From positions 1 through 21,581 of the forward strand of contig NW_021823652.1 of the NCBI RefSeq assembly GCF_006345805.1: a stretch of 21,581 nucleotides of DNA. Reading direction: 5' to 3'. Each line of letters starts with the position of its first letter. Within the stretch, counting starts at the first letter, position 1. Made by a program: the position numbers and the translations under genes. The notes under the pieces were generated by a model. The model was not told the DNA's origin and did no database searches. It saw only the letters and a program-made list of their open reading frames with translations. Shown one piece after another: positions 1 to 9,528 of this stretch. The stretch is from Octopus sinensis (lineage: Eukaryota).

Positions 1-148
1 GATAGTCTTCTGGAGGACTACTGCTCCCAATTTTGGTCATCACACAGTGTAAAATTAACGGCGGAACTCGAAGCAATCCAGCGAAGCTTCAAAAAGAAGA
101 TCATCTCAATGTGACATTGTATCTACTGAAAAAGTTAAAACTCTATTC

Positions 149-801
149 CAGTGGTTCTCAACTTTTTCTTACTTATGGACCCCTTTCATTACTATTGTAT
201 CTTGGTAGACCCCTATAGCAATTCGATATTGAAATCTAGTTTTATAAGTACTTTTTTTATAAATACTTATTTTATAATTCAAACATTAACTCGTGTTGTC
301 ATAACCATGTAAAACGTTCGAGAAAGAAATTTAGCTGTTTTTTGCAATTGTTGTTTGTTCTTTCTCGATCCACGCCTGGCTCATAAAGGCCGGTTTCTCG
401 GATTCCTTGGCGTATAGGTTCCCCACCTGGACGGGACGCCGGTCCGCCGCAGGTGAGCTGCAAGATGCAGGAGGAAAGAGCGAGAGAAAGTTGTGGCGAA
501 AGAGTCAGCAGAAGTTCGCCGTTACTTTCTGCCGGAGCCGCGTGGAGCTTAGGTGTTTCGCTCATAAACACACACATCGCCCGATCTGAGATTCGAACCC
601 GCGATCCCTCGACCGCGAGTCCGCTGCTCTAACCACTAGGCCATGTGCCTCTACGATTTTTGCAATAAATATTAATCAAAAATTTTTCATAGACCCTCAA
701 TGTAATACTGTGGATCTTCAATTTACTACTTTTGTTTTCAAGGACCCAAAAATCTAACATGAAAACCCTGGGATCATATGGACCCCAATTGAGAACCACT
801 G
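149..801. mobile_element. Non-autonomous hAT (Charlie-like) MITE, ~335 bp after removing the nested SINE
   Basis: Perfect 13-bp TIRs CAGTGGTTCTCAA (149-161) / TTGAGAACCACTG (789-801). 8-bp TSD ctctattc (141-148) / ctctactc (802-809), close to the NTCTAGAN preference of Charlie-type hATs. Confidence 0.88.
349..656 (-). mobile_element. tRNA-derived SINE (group C-like head, RTE-like tail) nested in the hAT MITE
   Basis: Minus-strand head GAGGCACATGGCCTAGTGGTTAGAGC...GGGTTCGAATC (A and B boxes); tail GAAACCGGCCTTTATGAGCC...AACAAACAACA; 10-bp TSD tttttgcaat at 339-348 and 657-666. Confidence 0.85.
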
Positions 802-1208
802 CTCTACTCCCTTGAAGGAAGGCTGGAAAGATATATAGTGATATACATATGAAAAATCCTGGAAAACAAAACCGGGCGCCACTGCGCAGTGCCAAAGGCC
901 CCAACATCACCATCAAGATACAGGGCTAGATACTGTAACAGCTTGAGTTTTATTTTTCTATCAACAAGGTGGTGCAGCGGCACACTATCGTCGAGGCATG
1001 CGAGCTTAGCTGGATGAGAATTTGGAATGACACTGGATAGGACGAAAAGATGCAGCTGACTTCCTCGCATATCCTCCTGATTTAACATCTGCGGTCTTTT
1101 ACTCAGAATCGAACTTGTGTACTTGTGACACTCGCATTACACTATTACCACAAAGTAAGCACAGACACACACAATACCACACATACACCACACCTTACAC
1201 ATGCGTTC

Positions 1209-1431
1209 ATAACTGATTTCAAATTCTGGCACATGGCCAGAAAGTTCGGAGGTGTAGGTAAGTCGACTACATCAACCCCAGTACTCGACTGGTACTTATT
1301 TTATCGACCTAGAAAGGATAAAAACCAAAGTCGACCTCGGTGGAATTTGAACGCAGAACATAAAGGTGCGCGCAGTGCCGTTAAGCATTTTGCTCGGATG
1401 GGTGCTAACAACTCTGCCAACTCGCCGCCTT
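1209..1431 (-). mobile_element. SINE group A, tail variant 2, diverged
   Basis: Head AAGGCGGCGAGTTGGCAGA, B-box-like GTTCAAATTCC, central GAGGTCGACTTTG..ATCCTTTCTAGGTCGATAAAATAAGTACCAGT shared with seven other copies in the window. Confidence 0.85.
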
Positions 1432-1642
1432 GTACACATGCAAGCATCCATTATTAGGATATTCTCGTAAACACAGATTAAATTACCTCCATAGTATAAA
1501 ACATGCGCGAATCATCTCTTTCACATAAAACACACAAGTTACATCCCTTTTCTTCCAATTAGCGAGTATCCCAAGCCGTATACGCTTACGCATTCTAATA
1601 AACGTAAAAGTCACACTAACTCACAGCATAACCACATACAAA

Positions 1643-1713
1643 TACATACATACATACATACATACATACATACACATATATATACATATATATATATATA
1701 TATGTATATAATA

Positions 1714-1746
<33 letters not shown>

Positions 1747-2750
1747 TATATATAATATATATATATATATATAATATACACATGTATATATCCACACACG
1801 CACACGCCCTTGCAGACACATACACACACATATATATATATAAGCATGCTAAACAAGTTAACAAATATGGACACACAGATATATACACTCGTAGCTCATT
1901 CGCATACACATACAGGCTAAACTACTTATACAACATAAAACCCTACATCCACGTGCACACACATACATAGACAAGTATTAAATTTTATATCTACGTACGC
2001 ACAAGTTATACTATCTCTGTGATGTATGCCCACGCGAAAATACGCATGCATACCTCTTTCACTTACGCATACATACACACAGGCGCTACTGTACTGCCAT
2101 AACATCAACACTTATATGTGCATACATGCATGCATACATACATATTATGTATGTATACATATATATTTATATATATACATATACACACAAACACACACAT
2201 ACATATATACGTATATGCATACAAATATACATGCATATAAACACGCAAAAATATATAGATGCATGCAAACACACTTACGTACATACGTGCATACACACAT
2301 CCATCCATCCACACATACATACATACATACATACATACATGCATAAATACACTCACTCACACGCACATATACGTGCATACATAAATACATAAATATACTC
2401 GTGCGTACACACGTACATGCACACAATCATCTATCCATCCATACACTCATGTATTCATACATACACACATACACATACATACATACATACATACATACAT
2501 ACATACATACATACAAACATAAATACTTACATTGCGTACATTCATACGCACACATACATGCATATATAAATACATATATACATACATACATACATACATA
2601 TATATGTTCATACAAAATACACGCACACATACAAAATACATACAGAATACATGCATACATACATACAAACATACATACATACATACAAACATACATACAT
2701 ACATACATACATACATACATACATACATACACACACGCACACATATCCCA
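1643..2750. repeat. Compound (TACA)n/(TA)n/(CA)n microsatellite field with short unique interruptions
   Basis: Directly visible; source of the HTYI/MYVC ORFs. Confidence 0.95.
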
Positions 2751-3054
2751 TTGCCGAGATGAAGTGCCAGCCGTTTAGTTTGTAGAGTCGTGTGTGAAAT
2801 AAAAACAGTGTTGATAAGTGTGAACAATACTACAGATAGGGAAACCGAAGATTAAAACAGCGAGGCAATAAAACCTATGACCGTTCTTGAACTTGATTGG
2901 GTAAAATTGCAGCAAGATGGCTGGCTGTTGGTGTGATTCACACAAAAATAGAATCGTGTTCTCACCTTGGCGGAACACAAACTATTTGCGAAATAAAACG
3001 AATGCAAACACTTAGATACGTGCACACAATATCGCATACGCGCCGGCATGCGCT

Positions 3055-3414
3055 GATGTATGTATAAATCTATGTTATACGTGTGTACATGTGTGTGCGT
3101 ATACATATATACGCATGTATATATATGTATATGCACATATATATATATATATATATATATAGATATATTATATATATATAAACGCCATACAAATATGTGC
3201 ATGCCACTTGTATGTATATACATACACACATACCGTATGTATATATACGCATGCATGTATGTACGTACGTATGTATGTACGCATGTATGTATTAGATAAA
3301 TATATGTAGTATATATATATAGGTATATATGAACATACATGCACGTATATATATAGGTATATATATATATATATATAATATATATATATAAATACATGCA
3401 CGTATGTATGTATG

Positions 3415-3461
<47 letters not shown>

Positions 3462-3478
3462 ATATATATATATCTATA

Positions 3479-3529
<51 letters not shown>

Positions 3530-3790
3530 GGCGGTGCCCCAGCATGGCCACAGCTCATTAGCTGAAACTGGAAAAATCAAAATCAAAAACATATATATAC
3601 ATATAAATATATCTTTTATATATATATATGAATGTATGTACATGTGTTTTTTGCGTGTATCTATATATGTATGCACTTTTATAGATATATATCACATATG
3701 TATCTTCTTGTGTGTCTACATATACATGCGCAATGAGATACGTATTGTGAGCATGCGTGTGTGTATGTGTATGTGTGTGTGTGTGCCTGT
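3055..3790. repeat. (TA)n/(TATG)n/(TG)n microsatellite field containing a SINE group B tail fragment at ~3530-3590
   Basis: Visible repeats. GGCGGTGCCCCAGCATGGCCACAGCTCATTAGCTGAAACT resembles the group B tail at ~9070-9110. Confidence 0.9.
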
Positions 3791-5108
3791 CTGTGTGCTG
3801 GCATATTTGACAGTTTGCAAAGAAGGAAAATACAATATCCCATTTAAAAACAAAATTACTTTAAAAATTAAAAAAAATAGCAATTCAGATTATGACTAGG
3901 AGAACAGTTTCTTCGTCCTCAGCTTTCATCACGGCCTCAATACGTCACCGGAACCAGAGGCATGCAATTTTCACTGTGTTCCAGACAAGATTGTCGAACA
4001 CCTTCTTCTTAGCCACCAGCTCAGTCTTGGTGTTTGCGGACAGACCAGTTGGTGTCTTTCTCAACCGCATCCCAACACATTCTAGTCTGCAATGGTGGGA
4101 ATTAGGAAGCCAGAAACTGCACTAGTGGTGTCGTAGAAATTCTCCAACAACTACTTCTGACATTTTGTGGGGGAGGTATAGCAAGTAGCCAAATCCTCCC
4201 CAGAGGACAGTTTTAATTTTGGGTTGAAACGGCCCGACTTTACACCGTCCAGGCGTTTGGCCGAGGCGAGAAGTTTAGTCGGGCAGGAAAGGTTGCTAAT
4301 GATTGAAGTAAGAGGCTTGGTGCCTCCTTTTTGTTGTTTTGCTGAATTTGTATTGACTTGTGTAAGAGTTTTGTTGCCTCACAGTGAATTTTGTGTTGTA
4401 AATGTGAGAGGTTTATTGCCTCATTAATGTTTTGCTTTGAACTCTGTAAGAGGTTTGTTGCCTCAAATATGGTACTTATAAAGAACAATGTGCTCGGGTA
4501 AACAGCAATCGGCGGGCGTTGCTTCTTGCCCTCATTATTATCATATTGCTTATCATTTCATTTCATTATGTCTTCGTCCGGCCCGCAGCTTCCTTTCTTT
4601 GTAAGGCATTTGCGGCCAATCTAATGAATAAATGAATAAAAGTAGCCAAATCCTGCAACCACATCTGTGTCCGTCACGCAGCAACCCTCTCCAACCACAG
4701 TTTGACCACAGTCGTCAGCAACTTCCCATAAACGTCCGAATTGTGCTTAAGGCACTGTCCAAAAATGTTGGGCGGCATGACGACACCATCATCAGAAAGA
4801 CACACCCAAAAGACCGTCACAGGACTTGGTTTTCATGATGTCCTTCCCACGTCTTACAGCCTTTCCAGTGTTCACAAGACATTGAACAGCAGTTATGGTG
4901 TCGGCATTTTGATAGCCGGCGCGAATCATTATGATACAGGTCACTCTTTGCCAATATGTGAACGGTTCCAGTCTTTCGTGTCAGTGTGCTTTTTCTCAAC
5001 TATAGCTTTAATCTTTATGCTCTCCAACGCCGATGACTCCTTGGACTCCTGGGTCTCCTAGGAAAAAAGAAGACATAGACAATCATCAAATTTACCCCGA
5101 ACATGGTG
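3790..5108 (-). mobile_element. Defective, internally deleted Tc1/mariner-superfamily element, maT/DD37D-like, interrupted at 4198-4639
   Basis: Minus translation with frameshifts: YWQRVTCIIMIRAG..AVRR/GKDIMKTK..VVMPPNIFGQCLKHNSDVYGKLLTTVVKLWLERVAA..WLQDLAT [insert] ..FWLPNS..DAVEKDTN..ACLWFR*RIEAVMKAE. This matches maT-type motifs (VMKTK, VMPPHIF, WQQDSAP, WPPNSPD). Right end TCAAATTTACCCCGAACATGGTG|TA; left TIR only degenerate (ATATTTGACAGTT near 3803). Confidence 0.85.
4198..4639 (+). mobile_element. 5'-truncated non-LTR retroposon 3' end (clade unresolved)
   Basis: 15-bp TSD aagtagccaaatcct at 4183-4197 and 4640-4654; repetitive tail aatgaataaatgaataa; stem-loop at 4580-4617 just before the tail. 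Confidence 0.8.
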
Positions 5109-5156
5109 TATATATACATGTACGTATATCTATGTGTGTGTGAGTGTACGTGAGTA

Positions 5157-5195
<39 letters not shown>

Positions 5196-5237
5196 TTATG
5201 TATATACATACAGACATACATTACATACATACATACA

Positions 5238-5268
<31 letters not shown>

Positions 5269-5286
5269 CATACATACAGGCATACA

Positions 5287-5337
<51 letters not shown>
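5109..5337. repeat. (TA)n/(TG)n/(TACA)n microsatellite
   Basis: Visible. Confidence 0.95.
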
Positions 5338-5338
<1 letters not shown>

Positions 5339-5526
5339 TGAAGACACGAGTGGGCTCGAATTATTCAATTTTGTTTAATTGATTTTCATATTTCCGTGTA
5401 ACTCCTTTACGCTTTGGAACAATAACGTCCATTATAATTTCCGGTCTATTGGGCCTAAGCTTATTTTCATTTATAACCCACCTTCTTCTGATCTTCTTAA
5501 CGAATTGGCAACAATCACGCTATAAT

Positions 5527-5710
5527 TATTTCTCTATTGCCCCCAGGGGACGAAATATAGAGGAGACAAGCAAGGACAGACGAAGGGATTAAGTCGATTA
5601 CATCGACCCTAGTGCGTAACTGGTACTTATTTAACCGACCCTGAAAGGATGAAAGGCAAAGTCGACCTCGAGGGAATTTGAACTCAGAACCTAACGGCAG
5701 ACGAAATACC
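5527..5710 (-). mobile_element. SINE group A (tail 1), 5'-truncated, in tandem with the next copy
   Basis: Tail and central domain present; head stops at GACGAAATACC. Confidence 0.9.
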
Positions 5711-5938
5711 TATTTCTTTGTTACCCACAAGGGGCTACACACAGAGGGGACAAACAAGGACAGATAAACGGATTAAGTCGATTATATCGACCCCAGTGCG
5801 TAACTGGTACTTATTTAATCGACTCCGAAAGGATGACAGGCAAAGTCGACCTCGGCGGAATTCGAACTCAGAACGTAGCGGCAGACGAAATACTGCTAAG
5901 CATTTCACCCGGCATGCTAACGATTCTGCCAGCTCGCC
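5711..5938 (-). mobile_element. SINE group A (tail 1), full length
   Basis: Head GGCGAGCTGGCAGAATCGTTAGC, B box GAGTTCGAATTCC, central domain, tail TAGCCCCTTGTGGGTAACAAAGAAATA. Confidence 0.92.
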
Positions 5939-6163
5939 GATCTGTCACGTTATATTGTTACCATTTTCTTCAGAAAATGATGCCGGAGATGTCTAGACAC
6001 GTTATTCAACTTAGTAATCTTATAGATCTGGACTAAATTTAAAAGACTAATAAGGAAATATATATTTAAAAAAATGTCTTGCTAGCCTGGCCGATGGTTT
6101 AAATGTTAAATGTAGAATATTTGATGGAGACCAAGTCGTAATGATGTAAAGAAAAAGAAACGG

Positions 6164-6166
<3 letters not shown>

Positions 6167-6236
<70 letters not shown>

Positions 6237-6241
6237 TATAT

Positions 6242-6287
<46 letters not shown>

Positions 6288-6623
6288 TATATATATATAT
6301 ATTACTATTTTTTACCCCTCTGCGAAAAGGTCTCAGAATTTTAATTGATTGCTTTTCGCAGGAAGGAAAGTTTCTTGTCGAAGATACGTCTCGCTTTTAT
6401 CCTTCGAAACGTAGAGTAGATGAAAGCTTTAGCGACTGAAGAAGGGGTTTTTCTTTGTGTTAATTGTCCTGTATTCTATTTTTTGCTGTTTTTAATAAAT
6501 GTCCAGTTCCTTTGGTTTGTGTCTATGTTTTCGTTCTCATTGTGTTCGACGTCCTTTTTGGTGTCCTGTACTATATATGCGTTATATGTACATGTAGAGT
6601 TATTAATATATTATTATATATAC

Positions 6624-6654
<31 letters not shown>

Positions 6655-6708
6655 ATATAATATATATATATATATAATATAGATATATATATATATATAT
6701 ATATAGAA

Positions 6709-6752
<44 letters not shown>
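6167..6752. repeat. Two (TA)n arrays flanking a T-rich segment (6300-6590) resembling a Penelope-like terminus
   Basis: TA arrays are visible. The internal segment carries CGAAACGTA and CTGAAGAAGG followed by a T-rich run, like the termini at 16410 and 17200. The PLE assignment is tentative. Confidence 0.6.
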
Positions 6753-7028
6753 GGTTTGATTCCAGTTTACTGGTTCCGTTGTAGAAATTGGACAACTGCA
6801 AAATATACCATGTTTGAAATGCGTCTTTCATTTCTTGTAACAAACAACGTCAATGGAACATAAAATTATACGAGTTTTTCATAGCATTTTTAACATATTC
6901 TAGTAGTTGTTACTGTTCTACGGAAAGGGATTTCTGATTAGAGAAGATCTTCCAGCAGAGAATCAAATAATTTCAAGGGAATAGGCTGGCTGCCGAGATA
7001 ATCGGTTTTGGGTGAGCATTGGGAGTCA

Positions 7029-7044
7029 GCTGCTGCTGCTGCTG

Positions 7045-7089
<45 letters not shown>

Positions 7090-7221
7090 TACTACTACTA
7101 TACTACTACTACTGCTGCTGTTACTGATACTGCTACTATTACAACTGCTGCTGCTACTGATACTACTATTACAACTGCTGCTGCTGCTACTACTACTACT
7201 ACTGCTGATGCTGCTACTACA

Positions 7222-7257
<36 letters not shown>

Positions 7258-7285
7258 GGTGCTGTTGCTGCTGCTGCTACTACTA

Positions 7286-7323
<38 letters not shown>

Positions 7324-7393
7324 ACTGATACGACTAATTCAACTGCTGCTGCTGCTACTACTACTACCACTACTGCAATTGTTGCTGCTGCTG

Positions 7394-7436
<43 letters not shown>

Positions 7437-7680
7437 AACGATAGCATTATAGCAACAACTCAATTCCACTACATCTACTTTTCGCAACACTACAACTGCA
7501 CTACATCAGCACTAGAACTACACTACGACTACACCACAGTGCAGTACAACTGCCACTACACTTTACTTACAGTACACTATGCGATAGCTATACTAAAACC
7601 ACACTAAAATATACTACAACTACGACACAACTTCACTCCATTGACACTAAACCACACCGTGACAACACTCCAACTACTAG
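7029..7680. repeat. Compound (CTA)n/(CTG)n trinucleotide microsatellite decaying into ACT/ACA-rich sequence
   Basis: Visible. Confidence 0.95.
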
Positions 7681-7688
7681 TACATCTA

Positions 7689-8396
7689 GGCGCAAGAGTG
7701 GATGTGTGGTAAGAAGCTTGCTTCCCATCCACATGGTGCCGGGTTCAGTCCTACTGCGTGGCACCTTGGGCAAGCGTCTCCTACTATAGCCTCGGGCTGA
7801 CCAAAGCCTTGTGAGTGGATTTGGTAGACGGAAACTGAAAGAAGCTGAAGGTGTCGAGCTGGTAGAATCGTTAACATGCCGGACGAAGTGCTTAGCGGTA
7901 TTTCGTCTGCCGTTAGGTTCTGAGTTCAAATTCCGCCGAGGTCGACTTTGCCTTTCATCCTTTCGGGGTCGTTTAAATAAGTACAAGTTACGCACTGGGG
8001 TCGATATAATCGACTTAATTCGTTTGTCTGTCTTTGTTTGTCCTCTCTGTGTGTAGCCCCTTGTAGGCAGTAAAGAAATAAGAAAATGAAAGAAGCTCGT
8101 CGGATATACATACATTTATACATACATACATGTGTATGTATGTATGTATGTATGTATGTCTATGTCTGTATGTATGTATGTATGTATGTATGTATGTATT
8201 TGTGTGTCTGTGTTTGCCCCCACCATCGCTTGACAACCGATGCTTGTGTGTTTATGTCCCCATAACTTAGCGATTGAATACGTACTAGGCTTACAAAGAA
8301 TAAGTCTTGGAGTCGATTTATTCGACTAAAGGCGGTACTCCAGCATGGCGGCAGTCAAATGACTGAAACAATTAAAAGAATACGAAAATAAAAGAA
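7689..8396 (+). mobile_element. SINE group B, full length, split by a nested group A SINE
   Basis: Head GGCGCAAGAGTGGATGTGTGGTAAG..GGGTTCAGTCC; internal TATG microsatellite; tail GGCGGTACTCCAGCATGGCGGCAGTCAAATGACTGAAAC. Collinear with the 8722 copy. Confidence 0.92.
7846..8081 (+). mobile_element. SINE group A (tail 1) nested in the group B SINE
   Basis: Complete head to tail; 15-bp TSD gaaactgaaagaagc (7831-7845) / gaaaatgaaagaagc (8082-8096). Confidence 0.92.
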
Positions 8397-8465
8397 TCTA
8401 AAAACACACTACATTCGCGTGTACCTTACATCTACAGAAACACTACACTACAACTATTCTACAAC

Positions 8466-8672
8466 TGTAAGATACAAATAAGATGATAATTTATTTTCGA
8501 ACGCAGAGAAGCCGTTAGAACAGCAGAAATATTGGGTAAACTCCCTTTAGAAAGCGGAAAAATTTCTCAACGAACAGTCATGGCCAGTTTTTCCGCCTTG
8601 TAAGGATATTTCTGTTATTCTAACGGCGTATCTACGTTTTAAAACAAATTATCATCTTATTTGTATCTTACA
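8466..8672. mobile_element. 207-bp foldback element / probable MITE with TGT...ACA ends
   Basis: Perfect 27-bp terminal inverted repeat (8466-8492 / 8646-8672) continuing imperfectly to ~69 bp, plus an inner 9-bp pair GCGGAAAAA (8554-8562) / TTTTTCCGC (8588-8596). No clear TSD. Confidence 0.75.
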
Positions 8673-8721
8673 ATACACACTTAAACGCTTATGAAAAAAA
8701 AAATGTAGTTATACATGTAAT

Positions 8722-9143
8722 AGCGCAGGAGTGGTGTGTGGTAAGTAGCTTGTTTACCAACCCGCATGGTTCCGGGTTCAGTCCCACTAGTGGCCTTGGG
8801 CAAGTGTCTTCTACTATAGCTCGGGCCGACCAAAGCTTGTGAGTGGATTTGGTAGACGGAAACTGAAAGAAGCTCTGTGTATATATGTATATATATGTTA
8901 GTATGTGTGTGTGTGTTTGTGTGTCTGTGTTTGTCCCCTTAGCATTGCTTGACAACCGATGCTGGTGTGTTTACGTCCCCGATGCTTAGCGGTTCGGCAA
9001 AAGAGACCGATAGAATATAAGTACTGGGCTTACAAAAGAATAAGTCCGGGGTCGATTTGCTTGACTAAAGGCGGTGCTCCAGCATGGCCGCAGTCAAATG
9101 ACTGAAACAAGTAAAAGAGTAAAAGAGTAAAAGAGAGTAAAGA
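8722..9143 (+). mobile_element. SINE group B, full length
   Basis: Same head, body and tail as the 7689 copy; ends in (AAAAGAGT)n. Confidence 0.92.
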
Positions 9144-9147
9144 CATA

Positions 9148-9351
9148 CAGGGATTAAATAGACACCTTTAATTTTCAAAATTTCTGATCTAAGCGTTTTT
9201 TAATATGTTTTCAGCGGCGTAGAATTTACAATGTAACTAACTATTCTTTTTTATTCCAGGTGCCATTATATTAAACATTTGCGAAGAGTAGCCATGCCAC
9301 GCACAAAAATTTTAGCAGAACTGAATACTACTATTACAACTGCTGCTGATG

Positions 9352-9383
<32 letters not shown>

Positions 9384-9528
9384 GTTGCTGTTGCTGCTGC
9401 TGCTGCTACTACTACTACTACTGCTGCTGTTGCTGCTACTTCTACTTCTTATGCTGCTGCTACTACTACTACCACTACTACTACTACTACTACTATTGCA
9501 ACTGTTGCTGCTGCTGCTACAACTACTA

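Larger units (their letters stand above)
1..951 (+). mobile_element. CR1-group LINE relic (ORF2 C-terminus), split by the hAT element: pieces 1-148 and 802-951
   Basis: Translation: YCSQFWSSHSVKLTAELEAIQRSF..KKLKLYS, then after the insertion LYSLEGRLERYIVIYI*KILENKTGRHCAVPKAPTSPSRYRARYCNSLSF. This fits the post-RT motif of CR1-group LINEs (YCS.LWSP...LE.VQR; LYSLERRR.R...IY.WKIL). Stops and frameshifts present. Confidence 0.8.

Noticed and set aside
585-655. tRNA gene (Arg-like) on the minus strand
   Set aside because: It has A and B boxes but no complete acceptor stem, continues into a SINE body and tail, and is bounded by a TSD: a SINE head.
1616-3899. Many overlapping 60-180 aa ORFs (HTYI, MYVC, IYIY repeats), also at 5015-5382, 6420-6843, 11441-11767 and 17206-17635
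   Set aside because: Translations of stop-free (TACA)n/(TA)n/(TG)n microsatellites, open on both strands and in several frames.
4308-4464. CRISPR array
   Set aside because: Eukaryotic context, no cas genes or leader, repeats only 19 nt and degenerate, and it lies inside a TSD-flanked retroposon. Kept only as a repeat-spacer curiosity.
5718-5996. Recurrent ORF LPTRGYTQRGQT..RPRRN (also 1125-1457, 7633-8115, 14133-14390)
   Set aside because: Antisense translation of SINE group A copies; the recurrence reflects the repeat, not a gene family.
7012-7490. Thr/Ala-rich mucin-like, poly-Leu and poly-Val ORFs (also 9279-9879)
   Set aside because: CTA/CTG trinucleotide repeat open in multiple frames, with no convincing splice or domain context.
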